Source of the DNA: Candidatus Heimdallarchaeota archaeon
Lineage (GTDB): Archaea > Asgardarchaeota > Heimdallarchaeia > Hodarchaeales > Hodarchaeaceae
Direction of reading: 5' to 3'
NCBI GenBank assembly: GCA_020353515.1
Contig: CP070695.1
Coordinates: forward strand, 1,077,584-1,141,583
DNA: 64,000 bases
How positions within the stretch are numbered: the stretch's first letter is position 1; every line of letters begins with the position of its first letter. The position numbers were made by a program, and so were the translations under genes. Below, piece after piece: positions 52,501-61,326 of the stretch. Under the pieces are notes generated by a model. The model did not search any database. It was not told the origin of the DNA and saw only the letters and a list, made by a program, of their open reading frames with translations.

Positions 52501-54337
52501 TGGTCAGAACGCTTTTGGAGTCATAACGTATGCCTATTCAAACTTCGGTGTAGATACAACGGCTCCCTCCCTAGTTCTGGTGAATCCTGAAAATATTACT
52601 TATACTACTGATGAAATCCTATTATCTTATCTATCAGATGAAGATGAAGTATTGATTTTTCTAGATGGAGTTGAATTAGAGGATATTAGCTCGGGTTCAT
52701 TACTTTTTGATCTAGCTGAGGGAGACCATAACTTGACAATCATGACTACTGATGAAGTTGGAAATAATATCAAACGTGTAGCATTGTTTAGTGTTGACAC
52801 CATTCCTCCGAGTTTAGAAATCTTTTCCCCATACAATCAGAGTTATATTTCTGAAATCGAAATTAGGTTAGGGTCAAACGGTAGTACCGTACTCTATTAC
52901 ATCTCCTCTGTTTATTCCTATAATCAAACGTATTCAGAACCATTCTGGCTTAATTTGTCGATAGGAAATTACCAGCTCGTAGTACATGCTTTTGATGACG
53001 CTGGTAATGTCCATACTGAGTCTGTATTTTTCTCTATTGTTCAAACGATTGATTTATTGGTCGGTCCTAACTACGAGGTTCTTGATGGTGCTGGAACTTA
53101 CTTAATCTATACAGAGATTCTGAATCATCCGAATTTTGATTGCGTAGGGGTTAATCTCAATGGTAGCTTTGAGGGATGTCTAGAGTGGAGTTATCTTTAC
53201 CTCGATTATCGTTTAACTATACAATTTGAAACTCCCGGAATATGGGAGGTCACGCTATTTGCAAACACTACCTTACAGGAATATGATTTTCATTATTTTG
53301 AAATTGAATGGAATCCTCCACCTCCATCATTTGAAACAATCTCTATTTCACATACATCCTCTTCATTCGATGTTCGTGTGCACATTGATTCAGGATCTTT
53401 ATCCTTGGAAAATATTAAGGTTTTATACAATGGATCTTTTTATGATCTAACTGAATCTTATGGTAATCGTTGGGAAGGTAGTTTACCCTTCATTCCCCAC
53501 AACACAACAATAGTATTTTCTGCTTGGTACCCATGGAGTCTCACGACTCCTGCAGCTCAACAAGAGTATGATATTCACTGGTACGCTCCTGTAATTTCGG
53601 TAGAATATGTCCCCTCACGGACGGATTTCACCTTACAGCTTCAGATCATGAAACAAAATGCTACAATAGATACCTCCTCAGTTACATTGATTATTAGTAA
53701 TGGATCCTTTCAGATCACTGTGAATGAAACTTCTTTTTATGAGGATTTGACACGAAGTTACCAGGAATGGGAATTTATTTCTCCAACTCTTTTTCCGAGT
53801 TTGTGGCATTTTTCTGTAAATGTTACAGATATTTATGGAGTAACTCGGATTTTCACAGGGCTCTTTAATGCTACTGATACTCCTCCAGTCTTTGGAAATA
53901 AATCAATGGTTCTCGAAAATAGTCATAAACAAGGGGAAATGTGGTGTCTTGAAATCGGTGTCACTGATGATTATGAGATTGATGGAGTTTTTTTGTTTGT
54001 TGATGGGATCAAACTAGTCCCTAGTACCCAGAATGATACTCACTTTACTTTTGATATCTGGTTAGATGAAGGTATTCACAATCTTCAAGTAGTAGCGGTT
54101 GATGATATTGGCCAAGAAAACACATTGATTCTACCGTCTATTGAAGTGACTTTATATCATTCATCTGTTTCAAGAAGTAGTCCTGAAGATATTATTACTT
54201 CAGAGGGCTCTTCTCATAGTAATCTTGCAGAAGATAACAAAAGAAATGGTGATCTTGATGAGATCAGTCTAGCTGGGAGCATTTTTGCAGGATTAATCAT
54301 TGTAGGAAATGTGATTAATCGGAAGAGGCGTGGTTGA
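49520..54337 (+). CDS. Large secreted Ig-like repeat surface protein with C-terminal anchor
   Basis: Signal peptide, repeated TDxxG and DTxPPxLxIxSPxNxTY modules, many N-x-S/T sequons, TM plus RKRRG; the start may be ATG 49553. Confidence 0.88.
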   Translation: MRLLIVLEAVSMSRVLGNYSYKLFLMSVFLVLILSAFSPTTAAPIATSTTILSDVGAVGPGGTIQFTVWVYADFDPVPTGPIRITHLNDTDEYIDTTILAGKVIVNWTVNSYSEGVHVFQAAFQGFLDYSSSSGICSVNFDDFSPGSSKTTIISLSSNSTVVYKNSSIQFSVDLEIIGELHPHFRGGYIYVKNTNLSGSPTIYSHGPLPLHISAVYSFSFDYQIPTFSSIGVNSFITEYTGSSESQTKPCTSSLHNITVLSTGYLLVQNLDHSSLQREERTLELNTTVLGDNPVGLELKTYYILNEEEIIIQDQILESRNTVSHFSPNSSVPTGILSIITELIDPSTELQYANATENVSIIDRARIDHSENATEYRHNETIRFDVYVTEEDVWTHPVVSEVELIDVTDNNRSVINKTTNQDGFVIIEYTIPGNSTVGNHDFSLKTHDSGSFIADISETFPIVIKGLTEFDLTYESGGVERNSITIIEVTVLSGGNPISEGFVTLEFASNSTVIETQACEPGLEFHYFIKTSHPRGDMDYQVHFFGSTNYDEHLESFVLSIFSNPIFNTTGQNATNVIKGHTVRIWGQLVDESSQILANEEVQLTDTSTGIFLGTSITDAQGIFVYDYYISDSTQIGLHFVEIAYTGNPLEFYHSAVNTPVLSFTVRPPLSILIDTEVVAEYWTIIVLEGGLNDEILLEWQKEGESDWENLGVIILNSTGQGSYNWTTPYYKGAFTIRAIGPNGTKYDVSSMFAIPKIVVEGDEIGNVNDPYPFTVNSSEQYQIWIGDQLWQDWRAGGVHEYEYTFTNRGIKELLIISNNSYVYYQEYRHSLLVFEDVFITLSAPLEALVNITVNLDGTVIGEVSGPIQAMDVILEVNGTEVQVDSTDGAGNYYFSLIFDVPGHYNLMTKTPLSATDFYIASFSDVSIISIRSNPADIQILNPLNRTYRAIVEISLTGNAESYWYRIAPIDSKNLSWSAPIFRELVEGNYTCHFYGQNAFGVITYAYSNFGVDTTAPSLVLVNPENITYTTDEILLSYLSDEDEVLIFLDGVELEDISSGSLLFDLAEGDHNLTIMTTDEVGNNIKRVALFSVDTIPPSLEIFSPYNQSYISEIEIRLGSNGSTVLYYISSVYSYNQTYSEPFWLNLSIGNYQLVVHAFDDAGNVHTESVFFSIVQTIDLLVGPNYEVLDGAGTYLIYTEILNHPNFDCVGVNLNGSFEGCLEWSYLYLDYRLTIQFETPGIWEVTLFANTTLQEYDFHYFEIEWNPPPPSFETISISHTSSSFDVRVHIDSGSLSLENIKVLYNGSFYDLTESYGNRWEGSLPFIPHNTTIVFSAWYPWSLTTPAAQQEYDIHWYAPVISVEYVPSRTDFTLQLQIMKQNATIDTSSVTLIISNGSFQITVNETSFYEDLTRSYQEWEFISPTLFPSLWHFSVNVTDIYGVTRIFTGLFNATDTPPVFGNKSMVLENSHKQGEMWCLEIGVTDDYEIDGVFLFVDGIKLVPSTQNDTHFTFDIWLDEGIHNLQVVAVDDIGQENTLILPSIEVTLYHSSVSRSSPEDIITSEGSSHSNLAEDNKRNGDLDEISLAGSIFAGLIIVGNVINRKRRG

Positions 54338-54921
54338 TGAAAAATAGTACTCATTATCTCTTTGCAGTTGGCTTACTTAATCTCTACGTACTAATCTTCA
54401 TTCGAGATCCACTTCTTGCTTGGGTGTTTTTTATTTTATCTTTCCCCCTAAGCGGAGTTAGCCTTCTTCCCAACCTTTTAGACAGCTACACAGCTGCTGA
54501 TTTGAAATTTGAAGGAGTACAGCTACATCGTGTCCGTCATCCATTAACTCATTCCCCATGGACCTTAGGTTATTTTCTCCCACTTTATTATATAGGAGAA
54601 CAGTTTTCAAATCAATTTTTTATCTTCATGGTCTTTGTATTAGTCCTAGGGTGGCTTTCTCATCTTTTGTTAGATACCCTTAATCCTGAAGGTATTCCAT
54701 TAGGGAAACAACCTATATTTTTACCACATCCCGTCAAACACTATTCATTTCAACGGAAACGTACCAATACTAGAGTTTTAAGGTTAGCTCGTATTCCGTT
54801 TAATGACCTCAAAAGGAATGCAACGTTTTCACGATGTGGCTTGTTGTTTTTAGCCCTAAATATGGCAGATTTAATCTATAATCATCTTCAAGTCATTACA
54901 GAGGTGATATTTTTTGTATAA
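54334..54921 (+). CDS. YdjM-like membrane metal-dependent hydrolase
   Basis: THY, LLPNLLD, RHPLTHS, SHLLLDTLNPEGIP. Confidence 0.8.
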   Translation: MMKNSTHYLFAVGLLNLYVLIFIRDPLLAWVFFILSFPLSGVSLLPNLLDSYTAADLKFEGVQLHRVRHPLTHSPWTLGYFLPLYYIGEQFSNQFFIFMVFVLVLGWLSHLLLDTLNPEGIPLGKQPIFLPHPVKHYSFQRKRTNTRVLRLARIPFNDLKRNATFSRCGLLFLALNMADLIYNHLQVITEVIFFV

Positions 54922-55966
54922 GTCGCGTATATTTTTCGGACTGATATTCCTACTAAGTTTATCATCTTTCTATAACATTTTAATTGTAGAAGCCACTATG
55001 AATTCCCAACCTGTGAAACTTACCTCTGAAATCCACGACTTAAAGATTTCTCAAGTTATTACAGAAGTAGAAACAACTTTTCAACGAAACATCATTCTGT
55101 CACAGGGTTGGGATAGGGTATTACTAAATTTGAGCGTCCAAAACTTTGGTGACCATCTTGATACTGTCTTTCTAAAAGTTACAGCAAATGGCGCTCCTAT
55201 CCAAGCCACCTTCCGTGCTTTTGAAGAGGTTGGATTAGTACAAGCAATTTCCTTTCAGTTTGAGGTTCCTCAAACACTTGTGATGACGTTGAATTATACT
55301 AAGCAAACTCAGATCCAATTAGAAATTATAATTCTATTGGATTATGGAGTGACTCTCGATGAACCTTTCATTGATTTTTTGATTCAAGGAGCTCAACTGA
55401 TAGCTCTAAATCTAGCACATCCAATGGAAAGGCACCAAATACCTTTATTTAATACAAATCATCACTACCAGATTCAACCAGTGAAATATTCCTTTTTAAA
55501 GAAAGATCTTTTCTCTTCAGCGTTATTATTCGTTCAAATACCTGTTGAAATGCAACTAAAATTAACTGTATCTGTATCATTACACGGAACCAAGATTAAC
55601 TCTTTGACAATAGACGATCAGACTTTTTATCCGAGTGAAAATGACTTTACAATCAACTTCAATTATACTAAGGCTCCCACATCTATAGGTCAGGATTTAT
55701 TCTTAACGATGATAATCTCTCCTGACTATGAGGGTTTAGATGGATTAACACAGATCGTACTATCGACTTCTGTTATTGGGGTACTTCAACCACTTTCAAG
55801 TTTCCCGATAGGTAATGTGTTAGGATCACATCCCATTCCAGGGATTATTATGCTTCCTATTCTATTAATCAGTTTATTTGGCATACCATACTATTTAGTG
55901 TATCAGGAGCACGCATCTGACCGTGATGAAAATATCCTTGATCCACACAAAAAGACCAATTTGTGA
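54914..55966 (+). CDS. Extracellular beta-rich protein with signal peptide and C-terminal TM
   Basis: Hydrophobic termini; overlaps its neighbours (operon). Confidence 0.75.
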   Translation: MYKSRIFFGLIFLLSLSSFYNILIVEATMNSQPVKLTSEIHDLKISQVITEVETTFQRNIILSQGWDRVLLNLSVQNFGDHLDTVFLKVTANGAPIQATFRAFEEVGLVQAISFQFEVPQTLVMTLNYTKQTQIQLEIIILLDYGVTLDEPFIDFLIQGAQLIALNLAHPMERHQIPLFNTNHHYQIQPVKYSFLKKDLFSSALLFVQIPVEMQLKLTVSVSLHGTKINSLTIDDQTFYPSENDFTINFNYTKAPTSIGQDLFLTMIISPDYEGLDGLTQIVLSTSVIGVLQPLSSFPIGNVLGSHPIPGIIMLPILLISLFGIPYYLVYQEHASDRDENILDPHKKTNL

Positions 55967-56400
55967 ATAATTTGAATACTAATGTACTCAAAATTAAACC
56001 AATAGTCTTTGTCGGAAAATATCAAGATATAATTGAGAATCTTCTGGGTGAAAATATTCTGTTTCTGAAACCTAAAGTAATTTGGATCGAATACCGAACA
56101 ATTCCAATCTTTAAAATTATGAGAAGCTTACGTGATCATCCTCAATTGTCTAGTCAGTCTTATTTTCTGGAGATATCCTCTCTCGAGGCTTTGAACCATC
56201 TATTGAGATCAAGAGCATTGCTTAGGATCTCTCAACATGGCTTTTCAACTTTAATTATCGATGTACCTGAATATTGTTCAATTCCTATTGATTTCTATGT
56301 TCGATTTCAAGAACTAATGAGAAAGACTAACATAATTCTGATCATGGAAAGTGAATTGACGCTTTCGAGATCGCAGATAAATTTAATAAGAGTAGAGTGA
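55963..56400 (+). CDS. Small hypothetical protein, possibly a degenerate RecA-fold protein
   Basis: Strand pattern IVFVG, KVIWIE, TLIIDVP, IILIME parallels the RecA core without a Walker A. Confidence 0.55.
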   Translation: MNNLNTNVLKIKPIVFVGKYQDIIENLLGENILFLKPKVIWIEYRTIPIFKIMRSLRDHPQLSSQSYFLEISSLEALNHLLRSRALLRISQHGFSTLIIDVPEYCSIPIDFYVRFQELMRKTNIILIMESELTLSRSQINLIRVE

Positions 56401-56403
56401 GAG

Positions 56404-57129
56404 ATGACATCATTCCAATTGGTTCCCCTTCACGAGATAGCGTCAAGATGGAATAAACAGATTGCTTTTCCTCTTGACATTGATTTGATTGATGAAATAA
56501 TCGGAGGACTCATTCCTTCTCAGCTTCACATCGTTGTAGGTGATTCAGGTGTAGGAAAAACTTGGTTTTGTTTAAAGGCAATATTTCAGATATTAACTAA
56601 GAATCCCCAAGCTCATGTAGTATACAATGATTTTAGAGGAAACTTCCGAATTAATAATTTGCGAAAAATGCTCTCTAATCCATGTGAACAACTTGATCAG
56701 ATTACGATCTTCCAACCAACAAGTTTACTTGAGCAGATCATCTTTGTCCGAAATTTACTAGAAATTTCTGATTGTTCTTTTGATTTAATTGTCTTAGATT
56801 CTGTTTTTGGTTCTCCATTAACATGTCTAGAATATTTCTATAAGAAATCAAAATTCTGGAATAAGAAGATTTTTGCACATCTACTCGATTTACAAACTGT
56901 TGCTCGTCAGATGAAGATACCTATCCTACTAACTAATCATCTGATTTCAACTAGGGAGAATTTCGAACTAGGTTCATCTTTGAATCAATATGGTGGAGAT
57001 TTAGTCGAACAATTTGTCCCCATTATGTTTTCCCTCAAAAAAATTGCTCAAAAACTGTTTATAGAACTCAGAATTTTCCAAGAAATAATTGATCATTCTG
57101 ATTTATTCCCTCCTATAAATGAGAGTTAA
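56404..57129 (+). CDS. RadB/Rad51-paralogue ATPase
   Basis: IDEIIGGL, GDSGVGKT, LIVLDSV, ILLTNH, QYGG; no N-terminal HhH domain. Confidence 0.82.
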   Translation: MTSFQLVPLHEIASRWNKQIAFPLDIDLIDEIIGGLIPSQLHIVVGDSGVGKTWFCLKAIFQILTKNPQAHVVYNDFRGNFRINNLRKMLSNPCEQLDQITIFQPTSLLEQIIFVRNLLEISDCSFDLIVLDSVFGSPLTCLEYFYKKSKFWNKKIFAHLLDLQTVARQMKIPILLTNHLISTRENFELGSSLNQYGGDLVEQFVPIMFSLKKIAQKLFIELRIFQEIIDHSDLFPPINES

Positions 57130-57171
57130 TATTTTAAAACCATAAAGTGATCTATTTACAAATAAGGATGA

Positions 57172-58314
57172 GTGGCAGGAATGCTGCAAAAAATCCATCA
57201 AATGTTCAATAGATCTTCTACAAGGATAATTTCCTCGTTTTTTTTCTTTTTTCTTTCATTACAAATTTTCAGTTTTTTTTGGGTTGCTGGAAGTCCGGAT
57301 AATTACCAAAAAGTTGAAATAAATGCGGAAGCGGATGCCTATGTAAGTTCTAATTATCCTTCTAGTAATTTAGGAGATTTATTAACTTTAGGAGTCACGA
57401 ATGCTGTCAATGAAACAATGATTTCATATATACGATTCGATATATCGGAAATTGCTGTTCCTATTGAATCTGCAGTATTGAGATTAACAACTTATACTGC
57501 AGAATGGAGTGGGGACGCTCCTCAGAAAGTTACTGTTTATGGGTGCGACAATAATACTTGGTATGAGAATACGATCACATTTTGGAATATACCTACTTGT
57601 GTTGGTCAAATCTTAGATTCTCATAGTGTAAACACAGCCCAACAATCTCTCAATCGATGGGATGTCGCTTCCTGGGTTCGGGTTCGAACACATTTGAATG
57701 AAGGAAAGGTGACCTTTTTCCTGAAAATGGAACCAATCACGAATGACTATTTTTCGTTTTTTTCTAAAGAGGGAGTTAAAAATAAAGCAGTACAAGACCT
57801 TTGGGGTTCTGTTTCACCTCCTCTTCTCATCATAAATGATGACAGTTCCCTTTTTACTACTTTAGCTGATAATCCTACTTTTTCCCTGGTCATACTGCTT
57901 TGCATTACAGGAGGGGTATTTTTCTTTATTATCTTCTTATTCCTAAGGACGTCTCCTTCTCCCAGTCCAGTGTTACCAAGAAAGAAATCTTCTAAACCTC
58001 CGCCATCAATTGAGGCGAGGAATGCCATTATTTTTACTTCACTAGCTAAGAAACTCTTTGAAACATCAATTGAAAAACCAATATCACCTGTGAAACCTGA
58101 ACCAATGGATCTTGATACAGAAATTGTCCTGACTCCTAAAGAAAGAAGGAGTTTTTTTTGTCAGATCGATGGTCAAAAACATCCTGCAACTGATTCTGCC
58201 TATGAGTGCGAAGAATGTTCTCGTAATGTGTGCGGGAGCTGTCATGAGAGCAGTAAAGTTGTTGGTATTGGTGGTTGCCCCTTTTGTCAGGGAAGATTAA
58301 TCCGAATACAATAA
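57172..58314 (+). CDS. Single-pass membrane protein: extracellular DNRLRE/CBM96-like domain, cytoplasmic RING-like Zn finger
   Basis: ADAYVSS..P..N.G, SYIRFDIS, SAVLRL, WYENTITF; TM; CQID..CEEC..CGSC..CPFC. Confidence 0.78.
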   Translation: MAGMLQKIHQMFNRSSTRIISSFFFFFLSLQIFSFFWVAGSPDNYQKVEINAEADAYVSSNYPSSNLGDLLTLGVTNAVNETMISYIRFDISEIAVPIESAVLRLTTYTAEWSGDAPQKVTVYGCDNNTWYENTITFWNIPTCVGQILDSHSVNTAQQSLNRWDVASWVRVRTHLNEGKVTFFLKMEPITNDYFSFFSKEGVKNKAVQDLWGSVSPPLLIINDDSSLFTTLADNPTFSLVILLCITGGVFFFIIFLFLRTSPSPSPVLPRKKSSKPPPSIEARNAIIFTSLAKKLFETSIEKPISPVKPEPMDLDTEIVLTPKERRSFFCQIDGQKHPATDSAYECEECSRNVCGSCHESSKVVGIGGCPFCQGRLIRIQ

Positions 58315-58325
58315 AATGACGGCTA

Positions 58326-59579
58326 TTAGAGCGAGATCAAGATGTAAGCGAGGGTTAAAATAACACTATAGGGGATATACAGTGCGATCAATCGTAATTT
58401 GGATATTGGATAATCCCCCAACTTTGCATGTTCTTCTTTAAATGGTTTAAAGCCTCTACCCACTAATACATGATCTTTCTGATCCTTGCTTAGGACAATC
58501 TTTACTTCTGGGAATTCTCTGAATGTATGACGATAGAATAAAACGTTTTCAAGCTTATTGATGATCCCTTGAAATTCTTCTTTTTTATTTAACAGCTTAG
58601 TAGTTGTGCTTTTACTGATTTTTGGAATTTTATCTGGCTCTGAACCACTAAAGGAATCTTTTTCTAATATTTCGATTAGTCGTGCATCTTCATTAGGTAA
58701 ATCTTTGAGTTCAGAGTCTCCAATGATCTCATTATTTCTCTCCTTAAAGACATGGACATTCTTCCAATGATTAAATTCATATAATCTACCAGTGAATTTT
58801 CCAAGAGAACCCTCACCTTGGCAAATAGAACACGTAATATCCCCAGAACCACCACAGGAACTACAACTGACTCTTCCACTAAAACACGAACAGGAATCTT
58901 GAACAGTCTTTCTTTCATCCCCATCCCATTCTGTCCGTTCTATATAGCCCCAACCAGAACATCTTGAACATGTGACTGTACCACTCCCAGAACAACTGGA
59001 ACAGGATACTTTCCCCAGTCCTTCACATGTAGAACATGTTTCTTTTTTTAGGGTTCCACTAAGAGGAAATTCTTGGTGGTAATTGACAAAAGTCTTGGGA
59101 TAATTGACTGGAAAAGGTTCTTTTTCTGAAAAAAAGGCTAAACTACTGGCTTGAGAGTAAGGTAAAGACCTTTCAGTATTGGATGTCTGAAAATATTCTG
59201 CCTCGGACTCTACTTCAACAAGAATAGAGCGTTCGGTTTCAGAACTGAAACTCGCAATGTGAGGTACTCTCCGTAAAAAACCTTTTAATCCTCTTTTCTG
59301 AGCAATCCACCAACCAGTAAGAATATCTTGTTCTGTAAGAGGCTCATAATTTGGCTGCAAAGAATCAGATTGTATCAGAGAGTAATATTCCTCCACCCAA
59401 GAAGGCGAATGCCGATAACGCGTAGTGAAAAGGAGGATGAAAACCAAATAAACGATAAATGAAATCACAGAGAATAATATGAAAGAATCTGGAGAACTGG
59501 AAAAGATAAGGAACAAATATCCTTGTGATACAATCCATATTGGGAGTAATAAAATCCAGAGATATTGATTTCTTCCCAT
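58326..59579 (-). CDS. Membrane protein with CxxCxGxG (DnaJ-type Zn finger) repeats, SSUH2-like
   Basis: Five CxxCxGxG plus one degenerate copy, no J domain, TM at both ends. Confidence 0.78.
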   Translation of the reverse strand: MGRNQYLWILLLPIWIVSQGYLFLIFSSSPDSFILFSVISFIVYLVFILLFTTRYRHSPSWVEEYYSLIQSDSLQPNYEPLTEQDILTGWWIAQKRGLKGFLRRVPHIASFSSETERSILVEVESEAEYFQTSNTERSLPYSQASSLAFFSEKEPFPVNYPKTFVNYHQEFPLSGTLKKETCSTCEGLGKVSCSSCSGSGTVTCSRCSGWGYIERTEWDGDERKTVQDSCSCFSGRVSCSSCGGSGDITCSICQGEGSLGKFTGRLYEFNHWKNVHVFKERNNEIIGDSELKDLPNEDARLIEILEKDSFSGSEPDKIPKISKSTTTKLLNKKEEFQGIINKLENVLFYRHTFREFPEVKIVLSKDQKDHVLVGRGFKPFKEEHAKLGDYPISKLRLIALYIPYSVILTLAYILISL

Positions 59580-59700
59580 TGTTGTTCCCTAGAACTATAA
59601 TCATTTAATGATGATTTTTATCATTTTAAGTTTTATCAGAGGATTTTCTAGCAAAAAAGTGAGATATACTTAAAATAATAAGAGATTTCTATCTTCATGA

Positions 59701-60489
59701 GTGTTGAATTTGGAAAGGTGTTGGACTTGTGGGAAAACGATTAAAGAAGGATCACCACATCTTCACTTCTGTTCTACACAATGTCAAAGAGCTTATTCAA
59801 TGGATCAAAAAGATTTCGATAAGAAGCAGAGTTTAAAAAGAATAAAAGGAGCCAAAAAAGGATTATGGACGATTCCGTGTCCATATTGTAATGTAACATT
59901 AGACTTGACAACAGAATTTAATTTTTGTTCAGAATGTGGACAAGAAATACATGAAAGATTGTTTTTTCTTAGGAAACCAGATTCTAGTAAAGAAACGTAC
60001 ACCTTTAGTTACAAAGATAAGCGGGGTTTCATCACAGGATTCACAGCCCAAAGATCTGGAAAATTACCTAATTGTAAAATTCTTGACAATGATGGATCAG
60101 TAATAGGAGAAATCAGGGGCAATCTTCTTTTTACTAGAGGGAGAACCTCTGAATTATCTGAAACAGCCAAAATACTCACAGACAAGATTGAAACTACTTT
60201 TGGTTTATTCACAGCAGAGAGACAGTCTGAGGAAAGTATTTCAGTAATAGACTCACACGGAACCAGTTGTTTTAATATTCATGCTTTAGAAGAAGCATCA
60301 TTACAGGGACAACAACGCTGGAAGAGAGTTTCCAGAGGCTTGGGATTTGACCTTCACGAATTGAGAGATTTCCGCGTTTTATCAAATGGGAAATTAGATC
60401 CCTGTTTTATCTTTTTAGCGTCGATATCAATTCTTGAAGGAATGTTTAGACTAGTAAAACGGGTTCGTCGCGATTCAGAGGGCGACTGA
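59701..60489 (+). CDS. Double Zn-ribbon protein with a possible Tubby-C/scramblase-like domain
   Basis: CWTCGK..FCSTQC; CPYC..FCSECG; ILDNDGSVIGEIRG; terminal hydrophobic helix LDPCFIFLASI. Confidence 0.65.
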   Translation: MLNLERCWTCGKTIKEGSPHLHFCSTQCQRAYSMDQKDFDKKQSLKRIKGAKKGLWTIPCPYCNVTLDLTTEFNFCSECGQEIHERLFFLRKPDSSKETYTFSYKDKRGFITGFTAQRSGKLPNCKILDNDGSVIGEIRGNLLFTRGRTSELSETAKILTDKIETTFGLFTAERQSEESISVIDSHGTSCFNIHALEEASLQGQQRWKRVSRGLGFDLHELRDFRVLSNGKLDPCFIFLASISILEGMFRLVKRVRRDSEGD

Positions 60490-60561
60490 TTTTTCATTTT
60501 TAAAATTTGAAGGTACAATGATCTTATGGATTGAATCTAAACCTAATTTTAATTTATCCTT

Positions 60562-61326
60562 CTAATCTTTACAGATCCACTTAAATTCACAGGTTTTACA
60601 GGGTGGATTTTTTGGAGGATCAAAATTTTCCTCTCTAATAGCTATCTGAAAATTCTTTAGAAAAATATCTAAGTTGTTAAAATCACTTGAATTTAATTCC
60701 CGAAATATTAGATTCATTCTATAGTAATCAATGTATAAAAAACTCTGAGGAATAAATTCCATTGGTTTTAAAATACGAGCATATAGAGCGGCCTGTAGAG
60801 TCACTAAACGTTGTGTATGGGGAAAATCACTTCGAAATGTTTGGATGAGTATCAACGCAGAATTGTTAGAATATCTAAAAACAGCAGATGGCCGTCCTTG
60901 TAAATTTAGACTGGGAGCTTGGATAAATTCGTTAACCATAATGGGTAAAAAGTTCTCTTCTGTTTCCCACAAATTGAGAATTAACCATAGTAATAATGTA
61001 AAAACCTTCTCATCTAGTTCTCGAAAGGTTGGCTCTTCATTTCTAGCAAATTTTTCTAGATGATTACGGAATTTTGAACTTAATAGGTACTCTAATTCAA
61101 AACGTGTCCTTGGACGGGTCTTTGCATCCCATAAGCTTAGAGCGGAAAAGAAACCAGAGGTAAATGTGTCTATTCTTTCTTGAACTGAAGAATTATTTGT
61201 GGAGATTAAACTTAAATGATGCATCCACCGATAAGAAAAGGATCGTGGGCAGAATAGATACTCTTTTACAAGAGAGGGAGAGATATATCTCAAAAGAATG
61301 CCTCTATATCGGAACAGGACATTCAA
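60562..61326 (-). CDS. Cas4/AddB-like Fe-S PD-(D/E)xK-fold protein with degenerate active site
   Basis: ISPS..EYLFCPR, LQGRPS, LQAALYA, CKTCEFKWIC. Confidence 0.78.
   Translation of the reverse strand: MNVLFRYRGILLRYISPSLVKEYLFCPRSFSYRWMHHLSLISTNNSSVQERIDTFTSGFFSALSLWDAKTRPRTRFELEYLLSSKFRNHLEKFARNEEPTFRELDEKVFTLLLWLILNLWETEENFLPIMVNEFIQAPSLNLQGRPSAVFRYSNNSALILIQTFRSDFPHTQRLVTLQAALYARILKPMEFIPQSFLYIDYYRMNLIFRELNSSDFNNLDIFLKNFQIAIREENFDPPKNPPCKTCEFKWICKD

Noticed and set aside
60562-61326. cas4 as evidence of a CRISPR-Cas locus
   Set aside because: No array, cas1, cas2 or effector genes are present, and the active site is degenerate.
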